Shown in pieces: positions 30,996 to 40,859 of a stretch of DNA of 64,000 nucleotides. The translations under genes and the position numbers were made by a program. The stretch spans positions 1-64,000 of the forward strand of contig CAWJSJ010000005.1 of assembly GCA_963845565.1 (NCBI GenBank), in the 5' to 3' direction. Source of the DNA: an uncultured Methylomirabilota bacterium (GTDB lineage: Bacteria; Methylomirabilota; Methylomirabilia; Methylomirabilales; 2-02-FULL-66-22). Under the pieces are notes generated by a model, which saw nothing but the letters and a program-made list of their open reading frames with translations, was not told the origin of the DNA and searched no databases. Each line of letters begins with the position of its first letter. Within the stretch, counting starts at the first letter, position 1.

Positions 30996-31834
30996 GCGCA
31001 CTCAGAAAGCTACTCAGGACCCGGACCAACGTGCTCGTGGGCGGAATCATCGTCGGCCTCATGACGCTGACGGCTCTCTTTGCCCCCTGGCTTTCCCCTT
31101 ACCACCCCGTGGATGACGCCAACCTCATGTACGCCCTCGAGTCGCCCAGCCAGAAATTCCTCTTCGGCACCGACGCCCAGGGGCGGGACATCCTCTCGCG
31201 GATCATTTACGGCGCGCGCATCTCGCTGAGTGTGGGCCTGATCAGCCAGGGAATCAATAGCCTGATCGGCGTCATCCTGGGGCTCACGGCCGGATTCTTC
31301 GGGCGATGGTGGGACGATCTGGTGATGGGCCTGACCAACATCATGCTCGCCATCCCTTCGCTGATCTTCGCCCTGTCCATCGTCGCCCTGCTGGGGCCGG
31401 GACTGCTCAACGTGTTCGTCGCTCTGGGTTTTACCAACTGGTCCTATTCGTGTCGGATCACGCGCTCGCAGGTCCTCTCGGCGCGCTCGCTGGAATATGT
31501 CCAGGCCGCGCAAGCCCTGGGCTGCGGTCGCGTCCGGCTGATGTTCACCCAGATCCTGCCCAACGTCCTGGGCCCCATCCTGGTCATCGCTACCCTGGGC
31601 GTGGCCGGAGCGATCTTGTTGGAGGCGTCGCTCTCGTTCCTCGGCCTGGGCGTGCAGCCACCCACGCCCTCCTGGGGCAGCATGCTGTCCCAGGCCAAGG
31701 ATCAACTCTTCACCGCGCCCTGGGTGTCCGTCTTCCCCGGCGCGGCCATCTTTCTGACCGTCTTGGGTCTGAATCTGCTGGGGGACGGCTTGCGGGATGT
31801 CCTGGACCCCCACACCAACCGGCAGCGACGCTGA
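30992..31834 (+). CDS. Peptide ABC transporter permease (DppC-like)
   Basis: FGTDAQGRD, PSWGSML, NLLGDGLRD. Confidence 0.94.
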   Translation: MSALRKLLRTRTNVLVGGIIVGLMTLTALFAPWLSPYHPVDDANLMYALESPSQKFLFGTDAQGRDILSRIIYGARISLSVGLISQGINSLIGVILGLTAGFFGRWWDDLVMGLTNIMLAIPSLIFALSIVALLGPGLLNVFVALGFTNWSYSCRITRSQVLSARSLEYVQAAQALGCGRVRLMFTQILPNVLGPILVIATLGVAGAILLEASLSFLGLGVQPPTPSWGSMLSQAKDQLFTAPWVSVFPGAAIFLTVLGLNLLGDGLRDVLDPHTNRQRR

Positions 31835-31901
31835 GATGCCGACGGGGGCGGCAGCGCCCGGCCAAGACGGTGCCGCCAACCCCGCGATGGAGCGAGGGCG
31901 T

Positions 31902-33096
31902 ATGGTCGAGTTCAGCACTCCCGAGGAGATCCGGCAGGCGATCGTCTCGCGCATTGACCGGTACCGACCACTCGTCGAGGACATCGCCGTCTCGCTCTAC
32001 CGGAATCCGGAACTCGGCCTGGCCGAGGTCTTCGCCAGCCAGAAGCTCCGTTCTATTCTGGAGGCCGAGGGGTTTTCCGTTGACGCCGGCATCGCCGGCA
32101 TGCCGACGGCGTTGCGCGCGGCCCACGGCGCCGGGCACCCAGCGATCGCCTTCCTGGCGGAGTACGATGCGCTGCCGGCCATCGGGCACGGTTGCGGGCA
32201 CAACCTGATCGCCGCCTGCTCGACGGTCGCGGCCCTGGCCTGCCGCCACGCGATCCCGCCGGACCGGGGAGGCCGGTGGCTCCTGATCGGGACCCCGGCG
32301 GAAGAGACGGTCGGTGGGAAGCTGGCGATGGTGGAGGCGGGGATCGTTCGCGGAGGTGGACGCGGCCTTCATCGCCCACCCGAGCCGGCAGAACGGTCTG
32401 GGCGGCAGCTCGTGGGCGAGCCACCCGCTGGAGCTCACGTTCCACGGGCGAGCCTCGCACGCCGGGGCCAGCCCCCAGGACGGGATCAACGCGCTGGACG
32501 CGCTGGTCGCGGCGTACACGCAGATCCGCAATCTCAAGCACAGCCTCCGCGACGACGTGCGGCTTGCGGGCATCATCACGCACGGCGGGGATGCGCAGAA
32601 CATCGTTCCCGAGCGCGCTCAGGCCCGGTTCACGGTGCGGGCCCGGGACTGGCGCTATCTGGAACAGGTCGTCCTGCCGAAGGTGAAGCAGGCGGCGGAG
32701 GGGGCGGCACTGGCGGCGGGGGCCCGTCTGGAGCTTCGCCACCACGAGCCGCTCTTCCGCGAGACGCTGGAACACCCCGTCCTGCGGGACGTTGCCCGGC
32801 GCAACTTCGAATACCTGGGCGAAGCGCTCCCGCCCTCCGAGGGCGGGGACGGCGGCGTGACGGACGTGGGGGGCGTGACCTGGGTCACGCCGTGCATCCA
32901 GATTCGCTTCGGCATGACGAGCGCGCGGCCGCACTCCAGGGAGCTGGCGGACGACACGGTCACGCCGCGCGGCATCGACGCCACGCTGATGGCGGCCAAG
33001 GTCCTGGCGCTCTCGGCGGCCGATCTGGCGTATAACCCCGCCGCGCTTGACGAGGCTCGGAACACGCTGCGCCGTGTGGCAGATCAGGCACAGTAA
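31902..33096 (+). CDS. M20 family amidohydrolase (ACY1L2/AbgB-like; apparent frameshift near 32345)
   Basis: EYDALP, GHGCGHNLI, GTPAEE; then GRASHA, GINALDA. Confidence 0.88.
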
Positions 33097-33265
33097 CAGA
33101 ATACTGAAGAACTCACTATTGCCCAGGCTGCTCAAAACGGTCCAGATGCAAGGCGGCACGCGCAAGGCCGAGTGAGGCGTACTCCCGGTACGCCGCAACG
33201 AGTGCCAGCGGCGGGGACCCGTGCGCAGGACGGGTCACCGCAGATGGACCGTTTTCAGCAGCCTG
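33097..33265 (-). mobile_element. Repeat family R1 copy D (reverse orientation, with inserted hairpin)
   Basis: CAGGCTGCTCAAAA...TTTTCAGCAGCCTG. Confidence 0.85.
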
Positions 33266-33279
33266 GTAGGGAGCGTGGA

Positions 33280-34869
33280 ATGTACGATCTTCTCTTCCGC
33301 CAAGCCACGGTTGTTGACGGGACGGGCACACCGGCTTTCACGGCGGACGTTGCGCTGGCCGAGGGCCGGTATGCCGCCGTGGCGCCACACCTCGACGGCC
33401 AGGCCGCGCAGGTCATCCCAGCGGAGGGGCTGGTCTTGGCCCCGGGCTTCATCGATCTGCACTGCCACTTCGACGCCTATCACCTGGAGCGCCCGGCGGG
33501 GGAGATCAAGATCCGCCAGGGAGTGACGCTGGAGGTGGTGGGGAACTGCGGCGCCTCGCTGGCCCCGTTGGCGTCCGAGCGGGCGCAGATGGGGGTGGAC
33601 TACTGTCTGAGCGGGCCGGGCCGGTTCGGCCAGGCGGTGGACTGGCGGAGCTACGGCCAGTACACTGCCAGGGTCGAGACCGCGCGGCCGGTCCTCAACG
33701 TCGCCGGCCTGGTGGGTCATGGCTCCTTGCGGGTGGCGGCTATGGGATTCGCCGATCGGCCTGCCACGTCCGCCGAGCTGGCCGTCATGACACGCCTGCT
33801 CGAAGAGGCCCTGGAGGCGGGCGCGGCCGGCATGTCCACCGGGTTGTATTACGCCCCAGGCCTCTTCGCCACCACCGAGGAGGTCATCGCCCTGGCCAAG
33901 GTGGTCGCGAGGCGCGGCGGCTATTACGCCAGCCACATCCGGAACGAGGCCGAGGGGCTCCTGGAGGCGCTCGACGAGGCGCTCACCATCGGCCGGGCCT
34001 CGGGGGCTCCCGTTCACATCTCGCACCTCAAGGCGGCCGGGACGCGGAACTGGGGGAAGGCCGAGGCGGCCGTGGCCAAGCTCGAGGCTGCCCGCCGGGA
34101 GGGGCTGGATGTCACCTGCGATGTTTACCCCTACCATTTCTCCAGTACCTCGCTCCAGGCGGTCATCCCGCCCTGGGCGCTGGAGGGGGGAGCGGAGCGC
34201 CTCGTCGCCCGCCTCGCCGACCCGGAGCCGCGGGCCAAGATCATCGCCCAGATCAAGGACGGCCTGCCCGGCTGGGAAAACATCTATCACAACGCCGGCT
34301 GGGAGAAGATCCTCATCTCGTCCGTCAACTCGGCCGCCAATGCCCGGGTGCAGGGTCAAAGCGTGGCCCAAGCCGCCGCCGATGCGGGCGCCGATCCGTT
34401 CGAGTGGGCCATGGATCTGCTGGTCGCCGAGCGGGGGGCGGTGAACATCATCGCCGGCTCGATGAACGAGGAGAATGTCGCGCGCTTCCTGACCCTGCCC
34501 TTTGCCATGATCGGCTCGGACGGGGCGCCGCGGAGCGGCAAGCCGCATCCCAGGGTCTACGGCACCTTCCCCAGAGTCATCCGGCGCTTCGTCCGGGAAC
34601 TGAAGTCCCTCACGCTGGAGGAGGCTGTCCGCAAGATGACGTCCGCCAGCGCCGCCCGCTTGGGTCTCTCCGACCGCGGCGTGGTCCAGGTAGGCCAGCA
34701 GGGGGATGCGGTACTCTTTGACCCGGTGACCTTCAGCGACACGGCGACGTTCGAAAATCCCTGCCAGCACCCGGTGGGACTCGCGGCGGTGACGGTGGCC
34801 GGTCGGCTGGTCGTCCATGGCGACCAGATGACCGGCGAGCGCCCGGGCCGCTTCCGGCGACGGACCTGA
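33280..34869 (+). CDS. N-acyl-D-amino-acid deacylase (D-aminoacylase) family
   Basis: PGFIDLHCH, GNCG, SHIR, HISHLK, IGSDG, HPRVYGTFPR. Confidence 0.93.
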   Translation: MYDLLFRQATVVDGTGTPAFTADVALAEGRYAAVAPHLDGQAAQVIPAEGLVLAPGFIDLHCHFDAYHLERPAGEIKIRQGVTLEVVGNCGASLAPLASERAQMGVDYCLSGPGRFGQAVDWRSYGQYTARVETARPVLNVAGLVGHGSLRVAAMGFADRPATSAELAVMTRLLEEALEAGAAGMSTGLYYAPGLFATTEEVIALAKVVARRGGYYASHIRNEAEGLLEALDEALTIGRASGAPVHISHLKAAGTRNWGKAEAAVAKLEAARREGLDVTCDVYPYHFSSTSLQAVIPPWALEGGAERLVARLADPEPRAKIIAQIKDGLPGWENIYHNAGWEKILISSVNSAANARVQGQSVAQAAADAGADPFEWAMDLLVAERGAVNIIAGSMNEENVARFLTLPFAMIGSDGAPRSGKPHPRVYGTFPRVIRRFVRELKSLTLEEAVRKMTSASAARLGLSDRGVVQVGQQGDAVLFDPVTFSDTATFENPCQHPVGLAAVTVAGRLVVHGDQMTGERPGRFRRRT

Positions 34870-35212
34870 ACCACTCTTCTCTCGGTGCACGCCCGGCGGC
34901 GCGCAGGATTTCTGACTCTGGGGCGGGTACGAGACCACCGTGATCGAGCTGGTGATGCTGCCGAAGGGACAGTAAGGCCGGTCGGGTGCCCGCCAACACG
35001 GCACGCGGCCGGATCGCGAATCTCGAGGTCCTGGCACGGTAGCGGTCGAAGTGCGGCTGCCGCGTGTCACCGAGTGGGCGACCTGCCCTGCATTCCTCCG
35101 CCGAAGTTAGAAAAGGCGGCCAGAGGGGGAGTCGGGATTCCTTCGGCAGCGCCGCGAGACCTCGCATCTTTCGCGTTCACATGCTACCCTGATTCACCCC
35201 AAAGCCGTGCGC

Positions 35213-36760
35213 CTACGGCAGGATCACTTCGATGAGCCGCGGGCCGCGCGTCCGGATGGCGTCCCGGAGTTGATCGATGAATTCTTCGCACGTTCCGGCT
35301 CGACTCCCCGGGACACCCATGCCCTCCGCCAGCTTCACCCAGTCGAGGTTCGGGTTGCCGAGATCCAGCATGGCAGTCGCCTTGGGCCCGGGCGTCGCGA
35401 TCCCCATTTGTCGCAGTTCGCCCCGGAGAATCTTGTAGGCCCGATTGGCGAAGATCACCGTCACGACGTCCAGCCGCTCTCGCGCCTGCGTCCAGAGCGC
35501 CTGCAGCGTGTACATACCGGCCCCATCGCTCTCCATGGCGAACACCTTGCGGTCCGGACACGCCAGCGCCGCCCCCGTGGCCACGGGCAGCCCCTGACCG
35601 ATGGAGCCTCCCGTGACGTTCAGCCAGTCGTGCGGCGGGGCGCCGACGGTCCAGGCCTCGGCGTCGCGGCTCGACGTCACCCCCTCGTCGGAGACGATCG
35701 CGTTCTCGGGCATGAGGGCTGCGAGCGCCCGCCAGACCTTCTCCGCCGCGATCGCGCCCGTGGGCAAAGCGGGGCGGTCGTATGGATATGTCGCCGAGAC
35801 GTCCGACGAGGCGCCGACTTCCTCCGCCAGGGTTGCCATGGCGCCAAGACAATCTTCCTCGGGCGTCGCCAACACGTGGATCCGGCAGTCGTCGGGGATG
35901 ATCCAGTTGGGCTTTCCCGGCCAGGCGAAGAACGGCACGGGTGGCGGCGATCCGGCGAGGATGAGGTGCGCGGTTCCCTTGAGCATCGCCATGGCCGGCT
36001 CGATCGGGTAGGGGAGCCGCTCGACGACGACGCGTCCGGCGCCGCGCTGGGTCCGCGCGTTGACCCGGTTCCCCATGATGCGAGCCCCGGTGGCGCGGGC
36101 GATCCGGCCCGCCAGGCGAAGGCCGTCCTCCATGAACAAGGCACCGGAGAGGAAGAGGGCGGCCGGCTCGCCGCGCCGGAGCAGATCGGCGGTTCGCCGG
36201 ATCGTCGCCGGGTCGACCGCCCTCGGCCGCGGAAGAGCGGGGGCGAAGGCCGGCTCGCGGCTCTCGTTCCAGGAGGCGTCGGCGGGCAGGATCAGCGTGG
36301 CCACCTGTCCCGGCGGCGTCATCGCCGCCACGATGGCATCCGCGGCGTCGCCGGGAACGTCCGCCGCGCATCGGCTCCGCCGCACCCAGCCGGAGAAGCC
36401 CTTCACGATGGATTCGATATCGGTCGTGAGCGGCGGATCGTGCTGCAGGTGATAGGTGGTGTGGTCCCCCACGATATTGATCAGCGGCGTGTTCGCGCGT
36501 CGGGCATTGTGGAGATTGGCGAAGCCGTTGCCGAGCCCCGGCCCCAGATGGAGGAGGGTCGCCGCCGGCTTTCCGGCCATCCGGGCGTAACCGTCGGCCG
36601 CCCCCGTGCAGACGCCCTCGAAGAGGCCGAGGACGGTCCGCATCTCGCGCACGTCATCCGCGGCCGCGACGAAGTGCATCTCGGATGTGCCTGGGTTCGT
36701 GAAGCAGATCTCCACACCGCCGTTCACCAGGGTTTGCAACAGACTCTGCGCACCGGTCAT
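35213..36760 (-). CDS. ThDP-dependent enzyme, acetolactate synthase large-subunit-like
   Basis: NPGTSE, ADGYAR, GGSIGQG, SDGAGMY...N. Confidence 0.92.
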   Translation of the reverse strand: MTGAQSLLQTLVNGGVEICFTNPGTSEMHFVAAADDVREMRTVLGLFEGVCTGAADGYARMAGKPAATLLHLGPGLGNGFANLHNARRANTPLINIVGDHTTYHLQHDPPLTTDIESIVKGFSGWVRRSRCAADVPGDAADAIVAAMTPPGQVATLILPADASWNESREPAFAPALPRPRAVDPATIRRTADLLRRGEPAALFLSGALFMEDGLRLAGRIARATGARIMGNRVNARTQRGAGRVVVERLPYPIEPAMAMLKGTAHLILAGSPPPVPFFAWPGKPNWIIPDDCRIHVLATPEEDCLGAMATLAEEVGASSDVSATYPYDRPALPTGAIAAEKVWRALAALMPENAIVSDEGVTSSRDAEAWTVGAPPHDWLNVTGGSIGQGLPVATGAALACPDRKVFAMESDGAGMYTLQALWTQARERLDVVTVIFANRAYKILRGELRQMGIATPGPKATAMLDLGNPNLDWVKLAEGMGVPGSRAGTCEEFIDQLRDAIRTRGPRLIEVILP

Positions 36761-37043
36761 TGCGTCTCTCCATGATTGGGCGTCGCGCGCGGGAAGCGTC
36801 TCAGGCGCCAAAGGGGCATCACGCGGCCGGAAACTCGTCACCGCGTGGGTGGCGTCGGTCGCCGGGCATCGCGAGACGACGGACAGCAGAACAAACCGTC
36901 CGGAACGCTACCAGATTGCCGCCATGGGGTCAACGAAGGGCGCGCGTGTCTCGTCGATTGCCATTTGCCAATTCACCCCCTTGCCTGCTACCCTCACGCC
37001 TCGCCATCCCGAGCTATCCGGCCCCCAACGAAAGGACGCGCGC

Positions 37044-38280
37044 ATGACACAGCGGATGCCCGCTTCAACCCGCGGCTGGATCGTGACGGGCGCCGCCGTG
37101 GGTATCAATCTCATCCTCGGCGCGCTCTACGCTTGGGGCGTGATCGGCAAGGCCTTGGTCGTCCAATGGCACTGGACGAAGACCGAGGCTGCCTTGCCCT
37201 TCACGGTGTCGACAGCCGTCCTTTGCGCTCATGATGATCTTCGCCGGCCGCTGGCAGGACAAGATGGGCCCGCGACTGGTGGCGATGGTCGGCGGGGTGA
37301 TGTTCGGGTTGGCGCTCTGCGCCTCCGCCTATGCCGGGACCCCTGTGCTGATGCTGCTCACATTCGGTGTTGTCGGGGGCATCGGGATCGGTCTCTGCTA
37401 TTCGGCGACCACGCCGCCCGCCATCAAGTGGTTTCCGTCGGCGAAGAAGGGGCTCATCACCGGGATCGTCGTCAGCGGCGTCGGACTGGCCGCCGTCTAC
37501 GTGTCGCCACTGACCCAGGTCCTGCTGGAGCGGACGAGTATCCCGACCACGTTCATGTCTTTGGGATTGGGCGCCACGCTGCTGATCTGCATCTTTTCTC
37601 AATTTCTCACCAACCCGCCCGCCGGTTATGTGGCCGTCGCCGCCGGCGCCCCGGCGGCCGCTGCCGCGAAACCGCTCACCGCCCGGCGCGACCTCGACTG
37701 GAACGAGATGCTCCGGGGGGCGCAGTTCTATCAACTGTGGCTGATGTTCATCTTGGCCGCCTCGGCCGGGCTGATGATCATCGCCCATGTGGCCATCATC
37801 GCCAAGGAGCAGGCACGGTGGGAGTGGGGGTTCGTGCCGGTGGCCATGCTGGCGATCTTCAACACCATCGGACGGGTGGTGAGCGGCTACCTGTCGGACC
37901 GAATCGGGCGCACGCGGACGATGGTGCTGGCCTTCGCGCTCCAGGCGCTCAATATGTTCGCCTTCGCCTCCTACACCAGCCCGGCACTCCTGGTGTTTGG
38001 GTCGGCATTCACGGGCCTCTGCTACGGGACGGTGTTCACCCTGATGCCCGCCGCCACTGCGGACTTCTACGGGGTCCGAAATCTCGGGGTGAACTACGGC
38101 CTGGTCTTCACCGCCTTCGGCGTCGCCGGCGTCCTTGGGCCGCTGCTCGGCGGACGGATTCGCGATGTCGCCGGTTCGTACACGATGTCCTACACCATCT
38201 CGGCGTGTATGCTGCTGCTCGCCGCCGTGCTGGCCTTTGTCATCCGCCCACCCGAGGACAAGGTGGGTCCGGGGCGGTAA
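37044..38280 (+). CDS. OFA-family MFS transporter (oxalate/formate antiporter-like; apparent frameshift near 37220)
   Basis: GALYAW, GRWQDKMGPR, KWFPSAKKG, SDRIGR, NYG. Confidence 0.9.
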
Positions 38281-38335
38281 CGATCACCTATCAGCTTGGC
38301 CGCCCGGCAATGCGTTGTCGGAAAGGAGTCGAACG

Positions 38336-38698
38336 ATGGGCGTCATCCACAGGAAGCTTCCCGGGAAGTACGAGTGGGAGAATACCGATCTTGTGACGTA
38401 CAACCATCCGACCGTGAAGGGGGTGTCGAAGCGGGTGTTGATCGGGCCCAAGGATGGGGCGCAGGGGTTCGCCATGCGCTACTTCGAGGTCCAGCCGGGC
38501 GGCAACTCGGCCTTCGAGCATCATCCGGAGATTCACCAGGTCTATGTCCTGCGGGGGCGGGGGCGGGTGCTGATCGGGACGGAGTGGCACGAGATCGTCG
38601 AAGGGGACGTCATCTACATCGGGCCTGAGGAGCAGCATCAACTTCAGGCGGCGCCCGACGCTCCCCTGGGGTTTATCTGCGTGGCGCCGAAGGCCTAG
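38336..38698 (+). CDS. Cupin-domain protein
   Basis: FAMRYFEV, EHHPEIH, GDVIYI...HQ. Confidence 0.88.
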   Translation: MGVIHRKLPGKYEWENTDLVTYNHPTVKGVSKRVLIGPKDGAQGFAMRYFEVQPGGNSAFEHHPEIHQVYVLRGRGRVLIGTEWHEIVEGDVIYIGPEEQHQLQAAPDAPLGFICVAPKA

Positions 38699-38871
38699 CC
38701 GGCTGCTGAAAACGGCCCATCTGCGGTGACCCATCCTGCGGATGGGTGCCCCGCCCGCTTGAGCACTCGCTGCGGCGTACCGTGAGTACGCCTCACTCGG
38801 CTCTACGCGTTCCGCCTTGCATCTGGACCGTTTTGAGCAGCCTGGGGAAAAGCGATTTTTCCGCATCCTGC
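38699..38871 (+). mobile_element. Repeat family R1 copy E (with inserted hairpin)
   Basis: GGCTGCTGAAAA...TTTTGAGCAGCCTG...TTTTTCCGCATCCTG. Confidence 0.85.
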
Positions 38872-39675
38872 AAGGACGGCGCGTTGACGGGCGCGGAGAC
38901 TGCGGAAGCCTACCCGTGCCAGGGTAACCTCGGTGGTGTCGAGGAGGTCGCCGCGGATGCCGATGGTGACGTCGGTGAGCGGCACGGTGCTTTCGGCGGC
39001 GCGCAGGGCGAACTGGGCGAGACGGGTGAAGCCGGAGCAGCAGGGGACCTCCATGTGGACCACCGTGAGGCTCTTGGGACGCGCCACCCGAAGGATCTCG
39101 GTCAGCTTCTTGGCGTAGAGATCCATCTGGTCCAGCTTGGGGCACCCGATGAGGACCGGTTTGTTCCTGAGAAATCGCTGGTGGAACTCCGGGTAGGCGA
39201 ACGGGACGCAGTCCGCGACCAGCAGGATGTCCGCCCCCTGCAGATACGGCGCCGCCGGCGGAACCAGGGTGAGCTGGATCGGCCAGTGGGTGAGCTCGGA
39301 GGCCACGGCGCCGGTGGCCGCGGACACCGCTGCGGCGTTCGCCGGCCGGCCGAAGCTCCGCATCGCAGAGCCCGGACACTGGTGCGGCGTGTCCATCACC
39401 GGGATCGGCGCGGGCCCGCCGTGCGTCCCCTGCAAGCGGGTGAGGTGTTTCTGGGTTTCGGCTTCGTCGAAGGCGGCGGCCTCGCGCTCCTCGATGGTGA
39501 TGGCGTCCTGCGGACAGTGGCCCAGACAGGCGCCCAGGCCGTCGCAGTAGATCTCACTCACCAGTCGGGCCTTGCCATCGATCACGGCGATCGCGCCCTC
39601 GGCGCAACTCGTCACGCACTCGCCGCACCCGTCACACTTCGCCTCGTCGATCCGGATCACCTTGCGTGTCGCCAT
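38803..39675 (-). CDS. 4Fe-4S dicluster ferredoxin-domain protein
   Basis: CDGCGECVTSC, CDGLGACLGHC, WPIQL, ADC, GCPKLD, MEVPCC. Confidence 0.9.
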   Translation of the reverse strand: MATRKVIRIDEAKCDGCGECVTSCAEGAIAVIDGKARLVSEIYCDGLGACLGHCPQDAITIEEREAAAFDEAETQKHLTRLQGTHGGPAPIPVMDTPHQCPGSAMRSFGRPANAAAVSAATGAVASELTHWPIQLTLVPPAAPYLQGADILLVADCVPFAYPEFHQRFLRNKPVLIGCPKLDQMDLYAKKLTEILRVARPKSLTVVHMEVPCCSGFTRLAQFALRAAESTVPLTDVTIGIRGDLLDTTEVTLARVGFRSLRARQRAVLAGCGKIAFPQAAQNGPDARRNA

Positions 39676-39777
39676 CGTCAGCACTCCTTCGTCTTTCAGC
39701 CGCTCACCCTCGGACCTGAACCGCTATGCGCCCCGACCCTTGTGGGAGTATAATGCCGGAACAGCCGCAGGCGGTCC

Positions 39778-39791
39778 TTGATCCAGATCAA
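39778..39791. promoter_or_regulatory. FNR/DNR-type binding box
   Basis: TTGAT-CCAG-ATCAA, perfect TTGAT-N4-ATCAA between the divergent ferredoxin and Crp/Fnr genes. Confidence 0.85.
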
Positions 39792-39806
39792 TTCCGGCTT
39801 ATTTGG

Positions 39807-39920
39807 TACGCCGTGTCAAAAAATTAGTTGAGCGGAGACATTCCGAAACGGCTTAAGGAGCCGTAACGAAATAGAAAGAGATGTCGAGGTTATTTCGTAA
39901 CAGCTCCTAACGGCTCCTAA
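39807..39920 (-). mobile_element. Repeat family R2 copy (reverse orientation)
   Basis: GCCGTGTCAAA...AAGGAGCCGTAACGAAAT...GTTATTTCGTAACAGCTCC; matches 62776 and 63315. Confidence 0.75.
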
Positions 39921-39946
39921 CCCGCTGTCGCGAAAGGGTTGCGCCG

Positions 39947-40627
39947 GTGAATATTGACGAAACCCTCGCCGCATGCAGCTTCATTTCCCAGGTGGACGGC
40001 CCGAGCCGGAAACGGCTGACCCGAATGGCCGTCCGGCGCGAATACGGGAAAGGAGAGGTGATCTTCCGGGACGGCGACGCCGCCCCCGGCGTCTTCATCG
40101 TGGCCAGCGGACTGGTGCGAGTGTACAAACTCGCGCCGAGCGGCAAGGAGCACGTCCTGCACCTGGCCGGCCCCGGGATGACCTTTGCGGAGGTCGCCGT
40201 GTTGGGGGATTTTCCGTGTCCGGCGTTCGCGGAGGCCCTGGAGGCGACCGACTGCGTCCTGCTACCCACGGCGCCGTTCATGCAAGCCCTTCAAGAGGAT
40301 CATCGCCTGAGTCTGCAAATCTTGTCCAGCATGGGGATGTGGGTCAAGTCGCTGGTCTCCTTGCTGGAGGACATCGTCCTGCGCGACGCCGCCGGGCGGG
40401 TAGCCGGTTACCTGCTCCAGTCCCAGACCGACCAGGAGGGCGCCATCGCGCTCCCCGGACTGAAGAAGCACGTTGCCAGCCATCTCAACTTGACCAGCGA
40501 GACTCTGTCGCGCACCTTGCGCCAGCTCCGGGAGGAGCGATTGATCAGTGAAACGGCGGAGGGGCTGATCATCCATGACGCGCCGGGGCTGCAGCGCATC
40601 GCAGAGGGGTTCTTCCCGCGCTTGTGA
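39947..40627 (+). CDS. Crp/Fnr-family regulator (HcpR/DNR-like)
   Basis: cNMP-binding domain; HTH LTSETLSR; no FNR N-terminal Cys cluster. Confidence 0.92.
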   Translation: MNIDETLAACSFISQVDGPSRKRLTRMAVRREYGKGEVIFRDGDAAPGVFIVASGLVRVYKLAPSGKEHVLHLAGPGMTFAEVAVLGDFPCPAFAEALEATDCVLLPTAPFMQALQEDHRLSLQILSSMGMWVKSLVSLLEDIVLRDAAGRVAGYLLQSQTDQEGAIALPGLKKHVASHLNLTSETLSRTLRQLREERLISETAEGLIIHDAPGLQRIAEGFFPRL

Positions 40628-40859
40628 CCGGCGTGGCGCCGAATTACCGAGCCTGCCGCCGCGGCCGGCGGCGGGGTGTCGCAGAATCGCCACGGAAAAC
40701 TCCTCGACAGGGTCGGCTTTCCGAGTGTAATCTGTATTGAATAGGGTCCGTTTGCCCGTTGCGGGTGGACCATCGTCCCGATTCCTTCTCCCCGGTGTCA
40801 CGCTTTCCGCCGTCGGGAAATTTCCCGGCAGGGCCAGGTTGGTTCCACTCAACCACAGG

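Noticed and set aside
34900..34975. Possible gene remnant (GYETTVIELVMLPKGQ*)
   Set aside because: Too short to assign without a database search
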